A stretch of DNA of 64,000 nt from positions 30,256,001 through 30,320,000 of the forward strand of contig NC_043002.1 of NCBI RefSeq assembly GCF_006345805.1, in the 5' to 3' direction. The stretch is from Octopus sinensis (taxonomy: Eukaryota). Below are positions 39,345 through 51,981 of this stretch, in pieces. Within the stretch, counting starts at the first letter, position 1; the number at the start of each line of letters is the position of its first letter. The notes under the pieces are model-generated. The model had not been told where the DNA came from. It saw only the letters and a list, made by a program, of their open reading frames with translations, and did not search any database. A program made the position numbers and the translations under genes.

Positions 39345-40227
39345 ACCATATATTACCTACATGTGCATATATTTATATATGTATGACTTTGCGTATGTGT
39401 GTGTGTGTGTGTGTGCGTGTAAAGGTTTATTTATATTTTTCCATACTGCAGTTTTCTATTGAAGCAACAGGCTTCCCCCTATTTTCCTTTTATCTCTGTG
39501 CCCCCTTTCTGACCACCACCCTCTTCCTTAACACCTCCCTCCCCCTCACCATCCGCAATTCCTGCTCCTCCATCATTCCATCGCACCATCTTCTCCACAT
39601 ACACCGACTTCATCAAATCACTCTCGTATACGGTCACACACACACACACACACACACCACACACATAACTCGTGTACATGCGTACATATGCAAGCACATA
39701 TGTAGATATGTTTTGGAGTTGTGCGTTTCGCAAGTTACTTGATCTGGGATCATGTTAGACTCATGTCAGCCATTTATAATCACAAAACCTATAGCATTTT
39801 TTCCGTACGTTTATTCCTTTATAGTACACTAATACTATTACTTGTCAAAACTATATAACATCACCGTGCAATGTATGTATATGTATGCATATGTATGTAT
39901 AGTAGAAATGAAAAGGAAGAAGCACTGGACGTCTTATGTTAATAAATATTTATGATGAAATGTTTACATAGCTTTGCTTTCCTAACTTAGTTATTTACAA
40001 TAAATTAGTGAAGGTTTAATAAATTTATGCTATCGTAATTTATATGTATGTGTGTGTGTGCATATATATGTGTGTGTGTGTGAATATATATATGTGTGCG
40101 TCAATATATATATACATACATATAGACATATATATATGCATATATATATACACACATATATATATATTTACATATATATATATATACATGTACATATAGA
40201 TACATATATATACATACATATGTTTAT

Positions 40228-40282
<55 letters not shown>

Positions 40283-40441
40283 AAATCAAATTGCGATAAA
40301 AATAAAATAATTATAATCGCTGGTATTACTAACAAAGCCATATATTTTTCATATATCAGTACATTAAGGCGAAATATGTGCTAGGAATACAGAAGCTTGA
40401 TAAATTAAGTGAATGAAGATAAAAACATTTACTAAACCGAT

Positions 40442-40496
<55 letters not shown>

Positions 40497-40501
40497 ATAT
40501 A

Positions 40502-40555
<54 letters not shown>

Positions 40556-40613
40556 AATGTGTGATATGTGTATGCGTTATATATTGTATTTACATATGCA
40601 TATATATACACAC

Positions 40614-40651
<38 letters not shown>

Positions 40652-40834
40652 CTATATTTATGTGTGTATATGTATATGCGTATATATATGTATTTACATA
40701 TGCATATATATACACATATATATATATATTATATATATATGTATGTTTATATGTATATGCGTATATATATGTATTTACAAATGCATATATATACACACAT
40801 ATATTATATATATATATATATATATATAGATATC

Positions 40835-40871
<37 letters not shown>

Positions 40872-41844
40872 CAGCAACGTGCAGTGTTTTACCAAAAAGG
40901 ATAAATATAATATATTGCAGCCCATGCAGTTACTTTAACGAAAAGAATGTAATTTCTGTATGGTGTATATAGCATCTATAATCTATCTAACACTCTGCCT
41001 CTCATGAAAAGAAAATTATATTAAAGCTGAAACGTTGTTCCTTTTCGTTAATATTTGTGTTAGGTAAACTTCATATGTTTTGCTATGTTCTATGCATCTT
41101 GTTTGCTTGAAATACAGTTATATACATGTAGTTAGAAACTTTTTTTCAGTTTAAGTCTATAGTTTGCTACCACTATTGTTAGGCACTCATAGTAAGGCGA
41201 TTGTTACACCAAGACGATTCTTCTGAACACACCTCAAAGTTTTCCTTGTATTTGCCTGGGACTCAAACCAAATTATAAATTTAGTGAAATGCACAAAGTG
41301 CGAAACTGCTCCGGTTGTGGTCTTAGATTTTATTCTCAAGGTCTTTAGTGATTTTAGGTTACCCTGTGTTCCATACAGTGGGTCTGAAAATGGATACTTA
41401 GATCCCTTCTCGGCCCTCAAAGTCATATCACCTATAAACCACCCTTCCAGTTCTTTACACATTTTGTTTATAATTACTTTAATTAGTATGTACTTGCATT
41501 TGAAGTAGATTTGGTTGGTACTACTAGCAGATCAAGCGCCTACTAAGTTCTGTTAGTAATACCTAAATTCATTTTGCAGTCGATTGAAGTATTTGAACAT
41601 TTCCTAAGAATGCGGTTCTTGTTAGAATGTTTTTGATTGTTGAATCGCTGTAAGTCAAATATCTTTTACAAATATGGTCTCACGGCCACAATTTTCATCG
41701 GCATCATCAATTACCATCGTCGTCGTTGACGTAGTGGTTTGTAGTAAACACCATTGTTGATTATGTTGGTATTGGTTTCTGACCAACGAAATGCTCTTCA
41801 GCAAATTCAGTATTTAAAACTATCGTTTTTGTTCTTATTTTCAG

Positions 41845-41961
41845 GATTGGTTGGTCATCCATCATTTGGTTCGACGCAGGGCTTTAAACATAAATGTAAA
41901 TTCTGCCAGAAAGTCTTCAGTAATGAGATCTCGCTTCAAGTTCACGTCAGGTCACACACAG
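41845..41961 (+). CDS. sall: spalt coding exon (117 nt, phase 1-1) encoding finger 1 of the first double zinc-finger cluster
   Basis: TCAG|GA acceptor and CAG|GTGAGA donor. Translates (G)[38 protein letters not shown](G), a C2H2 finger matching the KHKC..C.KVF....LQ.H.RSHTG pattern of the first SALL cluster. Confidence 0.92.
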
Positions 41962-42699
41962 GTGAGATTTACATGGACAATTTTGTTCTACATGTTTCTT
42001 TGTATATCTTTGTGATTCAGTCTCTTTTATTTTCAAATTCATCTCTCTCCCCCTCCCTCTCTCTCTCTCTCTCTCCTCTTCTAACGTCTCTGGTTCTATT
42101 TGGTAGTATATAAATTAGAACTCGTTGGACTTCAATGGTTTCATGTTCATCAACAATCATTCGTAAAATCTAAAATTCCTCTGATGAAAGATATCAATAA
42201 ACGGTAAAAACAGTCAAAGCAAGAGCTTTCTATTCTTGAGTGAAATAATCTAAGCATTTCGCGATGCATGTGCATGCATACACCCTGAAATGAAATCCGA
42301 CTAGCAAATCTGACAAATGAAAAGGCTGATCACTTCGAAGTCTCACATAAAAATTGCAGCGTATCTTCGGGTTTACTTTGCATTTTTTTTGCTTATATCT
42401 GAATGAGTGTGTATGCATGTTTGCGTGTAGCTGTGTGTGTTTGCGCGCGCATGTGTGCATATGTTTATATGTAAGCTAAGTATTCGCTCAGGCGCTAATC
42501 CGAATCATTCGTTTTCCATTTTGTTGGCGTCTGATCACACGCTCAAGAAATTGAGAATAGCAACGGATTATACCATCAGATTCCAACATTGTTACACGCG
42601 TATACACACAAACACACATACACACACACATATACACACACATATACACACACGCGTATGTAAATACACGCATATAAAGATATATGTATACACATATTT

Positions 42700-42741
<42 letters not shown>

Positions 42742-42829
42742 GTATACGCATTTTCTGTGTATGTACACATATTTTATATATATGAATATGCATATATATT
42801 ATACATATTTAATATGCATACATACATAC

Positions 42830-42860
<31 letters not shown>

Positions 42861-45089
42861 CATGTATGTATTCACATGTACGTACATATATAAATACACA
42901 TATTTCTATCTGTCTATGTAAGGGTACGAATATATATATTGTTGTATCCTGTGTCTTGTATATATGCATGTACGTGTATATATTGAATTCAGCTCCTATG
43001 TGAGCAATAGCATGGCTGTTTATTGGGTGTTGTTGATTTGATATAGTGCCTTTGGTGAGTCTTATGAGAGACTGCAAAGTATATTGTTTCATTATTAACA
43101 ACCTGAGTGCATGTTGTTGTCATAGCAACAGTTCTTACTGAAGTAAACAAATACCCTCCCTGCCTTACAAGTGGCTCTCTCTTAATATATGTATGCATAA
43201 ATATATATATATATATATATACATGCATATATATATAGATACATATATGTATGTATGTATGAGTGTGTGTATATATATTTATATATTCATACAAGTGCTT
43301 ACTGTGCACACCTTAATGGATATGTCTTAGGCTGGATATTAATGAGCATGCAGTTCCATGCATGTGCATATGCATGTGTGTATCGTCTTATATGTATATA
43401 TATTTATATATATATATATGTGTGTGCGTGTATATATATATGTGTGTATATGTATATATAGGTGTATATATATATGTATATGCGTATGCATATGTATATA
43501 TGTGTAGGGAGAGAGAAAGGGAAAAATGTGTGTGTTTGTTGTTGGGTTTTTGACATGTTTGTGTAGTCCACATTTCTTGCGTATGAATATGGTGAACAGT
43601 AGAAACGAAAGTATGTATAAATGCGTTTGTATGTGCATGTGTGCAATGTGTACAAGTCACACTGGTGATAAAGTGTACTTTTGTGTATTAGGAAGGCCAT
43701 ATGCATGTGAAGATCATGCGTTCATACACATACATGCATGAACAACGAAACGTCAAGGACGTTTCCTTTCCTCAGACTACTACACCTACTTCTTGTTCCC
43801 TCACCTGTCATTGTCTTTTGTTTTCTGTACAGTTGAACTACAAACGTTTGCGAATGTATATATATGTGTGTGTCTGTGAGTGTCTGTGTGTATATGTATA
43901 TATGTATTATATATTATATATATATTATATATTAAATATATATATATATATATGTGTGTGTGTACAAATTAATAAATAAAACATATGCATATATACATAC
44001 ATATATGTACGTACCTACATCTATATGTATATATACATGCATATATGGGTTCAGGACACCAAAAAAAAAAAACGTCAAACACAATGAGAAACGAAAACAT
44101 AAACACTAAACCAAGGAAATGGTCACTTTTCTTAAACAACGAAAAATTAGAGTACAAGACATACAACACAAGGAAAATTCCCCTTCTTCAGCCGCCTATA
44201 AAATTGAAGAAATTAGAGTCAGTGAAGAAGGAGTACGTTTGAGCAGTTAATTTTTAATTGCTACATTCGTTTCGACGCATCGTAGTACTCCAAGAATACA
44301 TGTATTTCATTAGGCAATTGTTTGTTTGCGTAATGAGATCTAATTGTGTTTTCTCATGAGATATGTGAATGTTGTCTCCGTTAGTTGAAAATCGTCGACT
44401 TGAATGCTATCCCCTCCGTCCGTCGTGGTTTGAATTTGGTAGTAGCAGATAGATTCATGATGTGTGCTGCCAGATTGCGTTTGGCAGACTGTTATGAATG
44501 GTAGTAGATGGCTATTTTGGTACTGGACGGCATTTGAACAGGAGTAGTATGTCATGTGGTTGTATCGCTCACCTGTTCTTCATGGTTGGCTACACATGTG
44601 AATTTCTGTTGCTGAACTTTGGCATACATTGGTGGATATATACAAACACAGGGTCACACATGCACTCCCACACAAACGTATGTACATATACCTATATATA
44701 TATACACACGCACATACATATACATACATATATACATACATCAATCTACATATACACATATGCACTTATATATACTCCATCTCTCATATTTGTGTATATA
44801 TACATACCTACACACATACACATTTTATTTTGAGAGAAGTGTTCTTCCTTTGTGTGTGTGTTTGTGTGCGCGAGCAAATCATCATTAAAAGAAAGAAGAA
44901 TAACGTGGTGTGTGTATATGTTACTATTTCTGTGTGCGCATCAAGGAAAAAGAGATAGAGAGAAACAGGGAGAGGCAAAGAGAAGATTGCTTGTGTGTGT
45001 GTATATACATATATATATATATCTGTATGACATGTGTGTATGTATACATAACACATATGCAACATGTATATATATATGTATACACAAAC

Positions 45090-45163
<74 letters not shown>

Positions 45164-46726
45164 GTATGTATTTATCTGTGTGCACATATAATGAAAACCA
45201 ATTATAGTCACGAGTTTAAAAGAAAGCTACAGTCAAAATCAAATGATAATGTTTCTCTTAATATAATTTTTACATCTTTATATATTTTAAACATCTTAAT
45301 AAACCATTTTCTGTGTGTGTATGTGTGTGAGTATGGTTTGTATTTGTTGTGCATGCATATGTATATGCATGTGTGTGTGTATATATATATACTTGCAGAC
45401 AAACAAGTATCTTTAGAAATACACGTGCATATAAACAATCCAATATATTTATAAAAATATTCTTATATACAAACATACAAATACATGCATTTATAAATCG
45501 ATAAAGATAAAAAACAAAAAAATTATATATATATACATATATATATAAATATAAATAAGCTACGTCAAGTGGAATAACCGAAAATATCTACGATCGCTTT
45601 TGCCCAGAGGCGATATTCTCATTGTATTAACGCCACGTTTATGAAATTGTTTACTTTTCGTTGCTATACGCATACGAGCATGCATATATACATTACCTTC
45701 TTAAATGCATACATACATATGTGTGTGTGTGTGTTCACACAGACACGAAATACGTACATACGAACATGCACGTGTATATATATCATCCTTTGCGAGTTAA
45801 AGATTAAAATCTTCAAATTATGTATATTACTATAGATTCTACTATACACTGTCTATGCTATTACAATTGTTAATCTCATTACTGCAAACTCTGCCTCTTT
45901 TTTCTTCTTTTGTTCATCTTGTTGCTGCTGTGGTTTTGTTGCTTTCTTTACTTATCTGCTATTACCGTTATTAATTCACCAGTCATCACCATGCTACAAG
46001 ATCAGTTTTGCCTCTTCCTACCTACCGTCCTCTCCTCATCGTTTCCTTCTCAATCTTCCTTTCTTCTCCTGCTTCTTCCTCTCCTCGCTCTTCTCTTCTT
46101 CTTCCTCTTCGTTTTCTTTTCTGTTTATATACATTTCTCATTATATGTTGATATTATCATTAGTATCATTAAAGTTATCACTTCATGTTACTCCTGTAGT
46201 AGTGGTAGATTTTTAGGTAGTTTTGGTGCTTTTCTCTTTATCAGTATTCTCCCGGTTCGATCCCATCACACGATACAACATGTGGAGAACCTGTCTTCTG
46301 TTTTATCTCGAGCTGACTAATAAACCCATCCCCCAAAAAAAACTGAGTAACAAACCCTAATTTTGGTGTGGGAACGGTCACAGGTTGTCTATATTTAAAT
46401 CAGTCTGATGATTTCGGAAATATACGAAATGTAAGATGCAATCTATTACGACTACATTAAATTAAGATTTCTAACAAAACAATTGTCGCAAATTTAGAGC
46501 CCATTCCTGTTTTTCATTATACTTGTGCCATACCACAATGTAATCGGATCATTGGCAAATAATTGAAATTGAAAATTACTGAAAACTAGTATCCAGTTCT
46601 GTTATATTTAGCATCTACGGCGTTGGATTATTTCACCATCTGAAATGTCTGAATCTCTTAGCCAATCGGTCGTGTTCTACATGTTGCTGCGCCTCGATTC
46701 CAATTGCATCCATTTAACTGATGTGA

Positions 46727-46760
<34 letters not shown>

Positions 46761-46834
46761 ATGGTGTGTGTGTGTGTGTGTGTATAGATATATATATGTG
46801 TGTATATAATATGTATATGTGTATATATATATAT

Positions 46835-46893
<59 letters not shown>

Positions 46894-47115
46894 ATATATA
46901 TATGTATGTGTGTATACATGATTACATCAGTCAAAACTAATCATGGCGCTGTTTACTCTGTGCTTTGTGATCAAGTGATTCGAGAAGCAGACTTCTATGA
47001 AATAGTTATCAGGTCTGAATAAGTACAGGAGGAATAAATAGAATGGCTAATCCCACGTCTGAGTCACGCCGGTTTGACCGCAGCACTATATATATATGTA
47101 TATATATATATATAG

Positions 47116-47187
<72 letters not shown>

Positions 47188-48148
47188 AGAGAGTGAGAGA
47201 CAGACAACCGTATAGATAGATAGATAGATAGATAGATTATGTATGATATAGTGTACGTTAAACTTTTCTTCGTCCTTTTATCTTTCATTGTAGCCACATA
47301 TTGTTTCATTCCTCCTCCCTCCACCACTCACATTTTAGTCTCCTTTCAGCGATCTTTCGTCTTCACATCTCTGTATTATCTAACATCATGTTTCTTTCTA
47401 TGTAAGTATAGCAAACTTACTAAACATAAGTGGTAGTTATGCAGCAAATGATGAAATATTCGCAAAAATTTATTTCCATGTTTCGATATCATCTCCATTA
47501 TTAGTCACGAAGCAGGGATAATGTTAGCGGCTTTGGTGATACCATGGGGAGTAGTTTCCGATGTTGTTGTTGTTGTGATGGTGATAATGATTCTAGTATT
47601 TATATAGTTATTCGATTATAAAAATCTGAAATAATATCTTAAATTGCTAATAAATCTACCACAGCAGTTAAAGTGTTTAAACTGCTTACATATGTATGTC
47701 TACATATATTAGATATGTGTATGAATGCATGTCCGTATATGTACTGTATGTATGAGCATATGTGTACGTGTATACATAGGTATACAAGCACAGTTGTTCA
47801 TACATAAGAAGATAAGTATATAGATGTGAGTATGTATGCCAGATACCCCCCACATACGCACGCACAAACATTTAAAATAAACTGTAAAATAAGTGAAAAA
47901 TAAAGGCAGGAATGAAAACTATATCTCTCGAATATTTCTTCCATTTTGTTTTTGTTTACTAGTTGTATGCTTTGCACCAACATGGCTGCAACCTTACATA
48001 GGTAAAACATGTTTTGCATCGTTCGTTGACCTCCACTACTGACGTTCATACAAAAGCTTGTAGAGGAATGTCAATGAAATATTTTGATTTTTCTCCTTGT
48101 AACTAAAACCCGAGAAAGGAAATGAATTCTATTCACCCAGAAATCAAC

Positions 48149-48456
48149 GGGCATATGGCGTAGTGGTTAAGGGCGCGGGTTTCTAACCCTAAGATACCGA
48201 ATTCGATTCCAGGCAGTGACCTGAATAATAATAATAGTATTAGTAGTAGTAGTAGTAGTAGTAGTAATAACAAAAACAACAAACATCGTAAAATACCTTA
48301 GGAATGAGAACCCAGGTTCGAAATTTCCCCAAGACACCTGATGAAGGCTGGAGGGTATATCAGCCGAAACGTTGTGTTAACAACAAACAAGATGAGGACA
48401 AATATCCGTCGAATGTAAATAATGTATATAATTCCTCATCTCTTATATATAGAACT
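48149..48456 (+). mobile_element. tRNA-headed SINE, family D, with a hammerhead-containing tail
   Basis: A box TGGCGTAGTGG (48156-48166), B-box-like GAATTCGATTCC (48199-48210), internal (AAT)/(AGT)n, and a tail with CTGATGA-stem-GAAA. Confidence 0.75.
48333..48378 (+). ncRNA. minimal type I hammerhead ribozyme motif (predicted)
   Basis: Stem I GACAC/GUGUU, core CUGAUGA plus an extra A, stem II GGCUG/CAGCC with a 10-nt loop, GAAA, palindromic ACGU as helix III, and predicted cleavage after U48373. Confidence 0.65.
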
Positions 48457-49636
48457 CTCCTCCTTAGCCCCAACTCATACTACATTTTAAGTATTACTAA
48501 ATCAAATATGGACTAGAGATCTTTGCATACATTGCATCAAACTTAGTCACAAGGCGAGTAAATTGCAGGGGAGGGTGAATAGTTGATACCATAAAGTCTA
48601 ATATTTTGCTTTTTTTTTTCCTTATCTTTATTTCACCGAGCATGAATGCATGAGACATGCAAAATTAACTCTGGTCGGATTTGAACACCAGTGAACCAGA
48701 GGAAACATTGATTTTCCTTTTGCTCCTACTATTCTGACATTGTATAACCCAAGATCATTTCATAAATGAAGTTACTTTACTTAGTTAAGTTAAGTTTTCT
48801 CCCGTAGTAGTCGAAATTAGAGCAAAAGTGACGTAGCAAAATACTGTACTACTTTTATGACAAGCGATCAAGTGATTTTGCCAAAGATATAACTTACTGA
48901 ACACAAGACGTACATTGTATAAAATTATATTAACAATTTCTTAAATGATAATATTATCTGCAATGGCATTTAGAAATGGTAATATCAGGTTTGCTTTTAT
49001 TTCCTTCCACCTAATCCAAACATGTTCAAGAATAAATGCTTCCACTTTTTAAGTGTATGACTGAGTACCTGTATAAGGACTTTGAAATTCGGAGTTTACT
49101 TCAATGCATTTCCTACGTCAGACTTTATTGCTGAGATATATACCAGAAATTATTTTCTGTCATTAGCTGGTCAGGATAATGGAGGAAGTGTAAGTTTAAT
49201 CCAGCCATATTTACAGTTGAATCCCAACACCAGCGATTGTGAAAGGTTAGAGAGAGGGTAAATAAAATGGCCACAGAGAATGTAAATCTTTTACGTTAGG
49301 GTTGATAACAAAGGTTGAAATTACGATGTTTCTGTGTATAAGCAATGTCATCGCACTTCGATCTCTGTGTGCACTGAAGGACCAAAACACTTCGAATTCA
49401 TTCTGCATCAAATCTAAATATGTATTCCTCGGTCGTATATTTCTTTTTCGTTATAGTGTTCGACTTTATCATGATGATGTAATCTGAGCATAATAACAAA
49501 TTGCATTAGCTATATGTTTCAGATGCATCAGTGGTAGCAGCTGCAGCAGCAGCATCACTAACAGCAGTGTCACATATTTCAAAGCATCACCAACAACATT
49601 ACTATCACACTTTCGAAAACATAAACATATACATGC

Positions 49637-49668
<32 letters not shown>

Positions 49669-49891
49669 GCATATATATATGTATATATATATGTATATAT
49701 ATATATATGTATATATGCATATATATATATATGTATATATGCATATATATATGTATATATATATGTATATATATATATATGTTATATATACATATATATA
49801 TATATATATGTTAAATATATACATACTTTATATAATATAATGGCATATTACATATATGAATATATTTCATATGATATATATATATAAATAC

Positions 49892-49967
<76 letters not shown>

Positions 49968-51079
49968 CATATATACATATATATACATATATATATAGGC
50001 ATATATATATATATAATATATATATATATATATGTAATATGCATATATATTATATAATGCATATGGAAGACGGAATAGCGTAAACAGTAAAGTTTTAGAT
50101 GAGGTGGCCGATATAAATAAAAACAAAACAAGAATAGAAGACATGAAAAAAAAAACAAGAATAAAAAACAAGAGTAAAAATAAAACTAGTAAATAAAGGT
50201 TGGCAATGAAGTTAATAATTTGGTTTTTTGTTCTACTGTCAGCGAGGACAATTTGATTAGAGCAGCTCTATATAATTATGTAATTATATAGCTGAATATA
50301 TGATAAAATGTGAGATAGGATTTATGAGCAGTCAGTAAGTAAATCAATCAAAAATATATGAATATATCACGTGAACATTCTTGACCTGTCTTCTTTTGTA
50401 TTTCATGTTTCATATGTGTGATTTGAGCATGCGTTTCTGAGGTGTATACGTGCTTGAAAGTGTGTGTGTGTGTGAGTATGCACGAGTGTGTGTGTGTGTT
50501 GAATGATTTATGTGAGTATATCGATATGCGCTTGTTTATGCATGTTTTTGCGCTCATGTTTGTATATACACATACAGACACACAGATGCACATATATACA
50601 TACATACATACATGCAATATGCACATACACGAACTCATACACGCATACACACACACATAATCCGTATTAGTATATATTAATATTGTGAAACTTTTTTATA
50701 TATTAATGACACTACTACTAATAATAATGATAGTAAGAACGACGATGACAATAATATTTCTTCCAAAATAATAATAATAATGATAATAATAATAATAATG
50801 GTGGTGGTGGTGGTGGTGATGATGATGAAGATGATGATGATGATGGTTGAAGTAATAATAAAAATAATAACAGTTATAACAACAATGATAATCCTTTCAC
50901 AACTAATAATGCTAATACTGAAAATAATAGTTGTGGTGGTGATGATGGTGATGGCGATATTAATGATGCTGATGATGACTTTGTGATGAAGATGATGATG
51001 ATAATAATAATAATTCCATGAGGGTAAAAACTTATTATTTTTATCGATAAATCTGAGGCTTCCTGCGTAAGACTTTATA

Positions 51080-51118
<39 letters not shown>

Positions 51119-51693
51119 AACCACTACCGAACCGCCACCACCAACAACAACTACAATAAAGTTATTCGTATTAGTATTATAGTTAACACTACAACGACAG
51201 CTATTATGATTTATCGGCTTTATTTCATTATATTATATTCATATAGGCTTATCTGGTTAGAAACGTTTGCACTCGTTGAACCGTGATTTCCACAACTGGT
51301 TTACACCGATGATTTCGACTGTGTGCATACCTGTGTGTATACCTGCATGTGCTTCTCTGTTAGTGTATTGGTGGGTTTCTGTTTGAGTTTTCTTTTTTTT
51401 TCTTTCTTGCCGAGCTGTGTTAGAGTAAGCATAAGGTGTAAAATAAATGTAATGCAATATCAAATATGCTAAACATTATGTGTTTACATTGGAAATAAAT
51501 AGGCGAAAAAATATAGATATGTAAAAAAAATATGGTTTAGCTATGGTGAACGGGGATGAATACAATTGAACCAGCAGTGGTTGCGAGTAACAATCCTTTG
51601 ATAAAAAGCACAGCAATGTGTGACTCTGAGTCTGTCTGTCTCTTTCTCTCTCCACTTATATATGTGTATATACATATGTATGTTTGTGTGTAT

Positions 51694-51748
<55 letters not shown>

Positions 51749-51981
51749 TGCATTAGCTGAAAATGCACTTGGTATTGTGGCGACACAGCTTTCATGAATG
51801 CATATTTATAAATCATATTTTCTTATATAATAATATTACCCTAGTGAATTTCTATCACACTATATATTTTCAGAAATGCTATATTTAATATATATCGTAT
51901 ATATCGTTCGTATATCCATACCTTCACACCAGTATATATGTTGATGCAATATTTATATTTTCTTTTCCTTATATTTTGCAG

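Larger units (their letters stand above)
3313..41844 (+). other. sall: spalt intron (38,532 nt as assembled, includes an N gap)
   Basis: GTAAGT donor at 3313 and TTCTTATTTTCAG acceptor ending at 41844. Both ends are phase 1 and join YHG|LVGH in frame. Additional small exons inside cannot be excluded. Confidence 0.8.
41962..51981 (+). other. sall: spalt intron (10,020 nt) splitting the HTG|ERP zinc-finger linker
   Basis: GTGAGA donor at 41962 and TTATATTTTGCAG acceptor ending at 51981. The join gives [13 protein letters not shown] in frame. Confidence 0.9.

Noticed and set aside
41187-41700. Minus-strand TQGNLK (SAL-box-like) and possible decayed transposase near the 117-nt exon
   Set aside because: Wrong strand, no Cys/His ligands, and the other frame examined has many stops with no recognisable motif.
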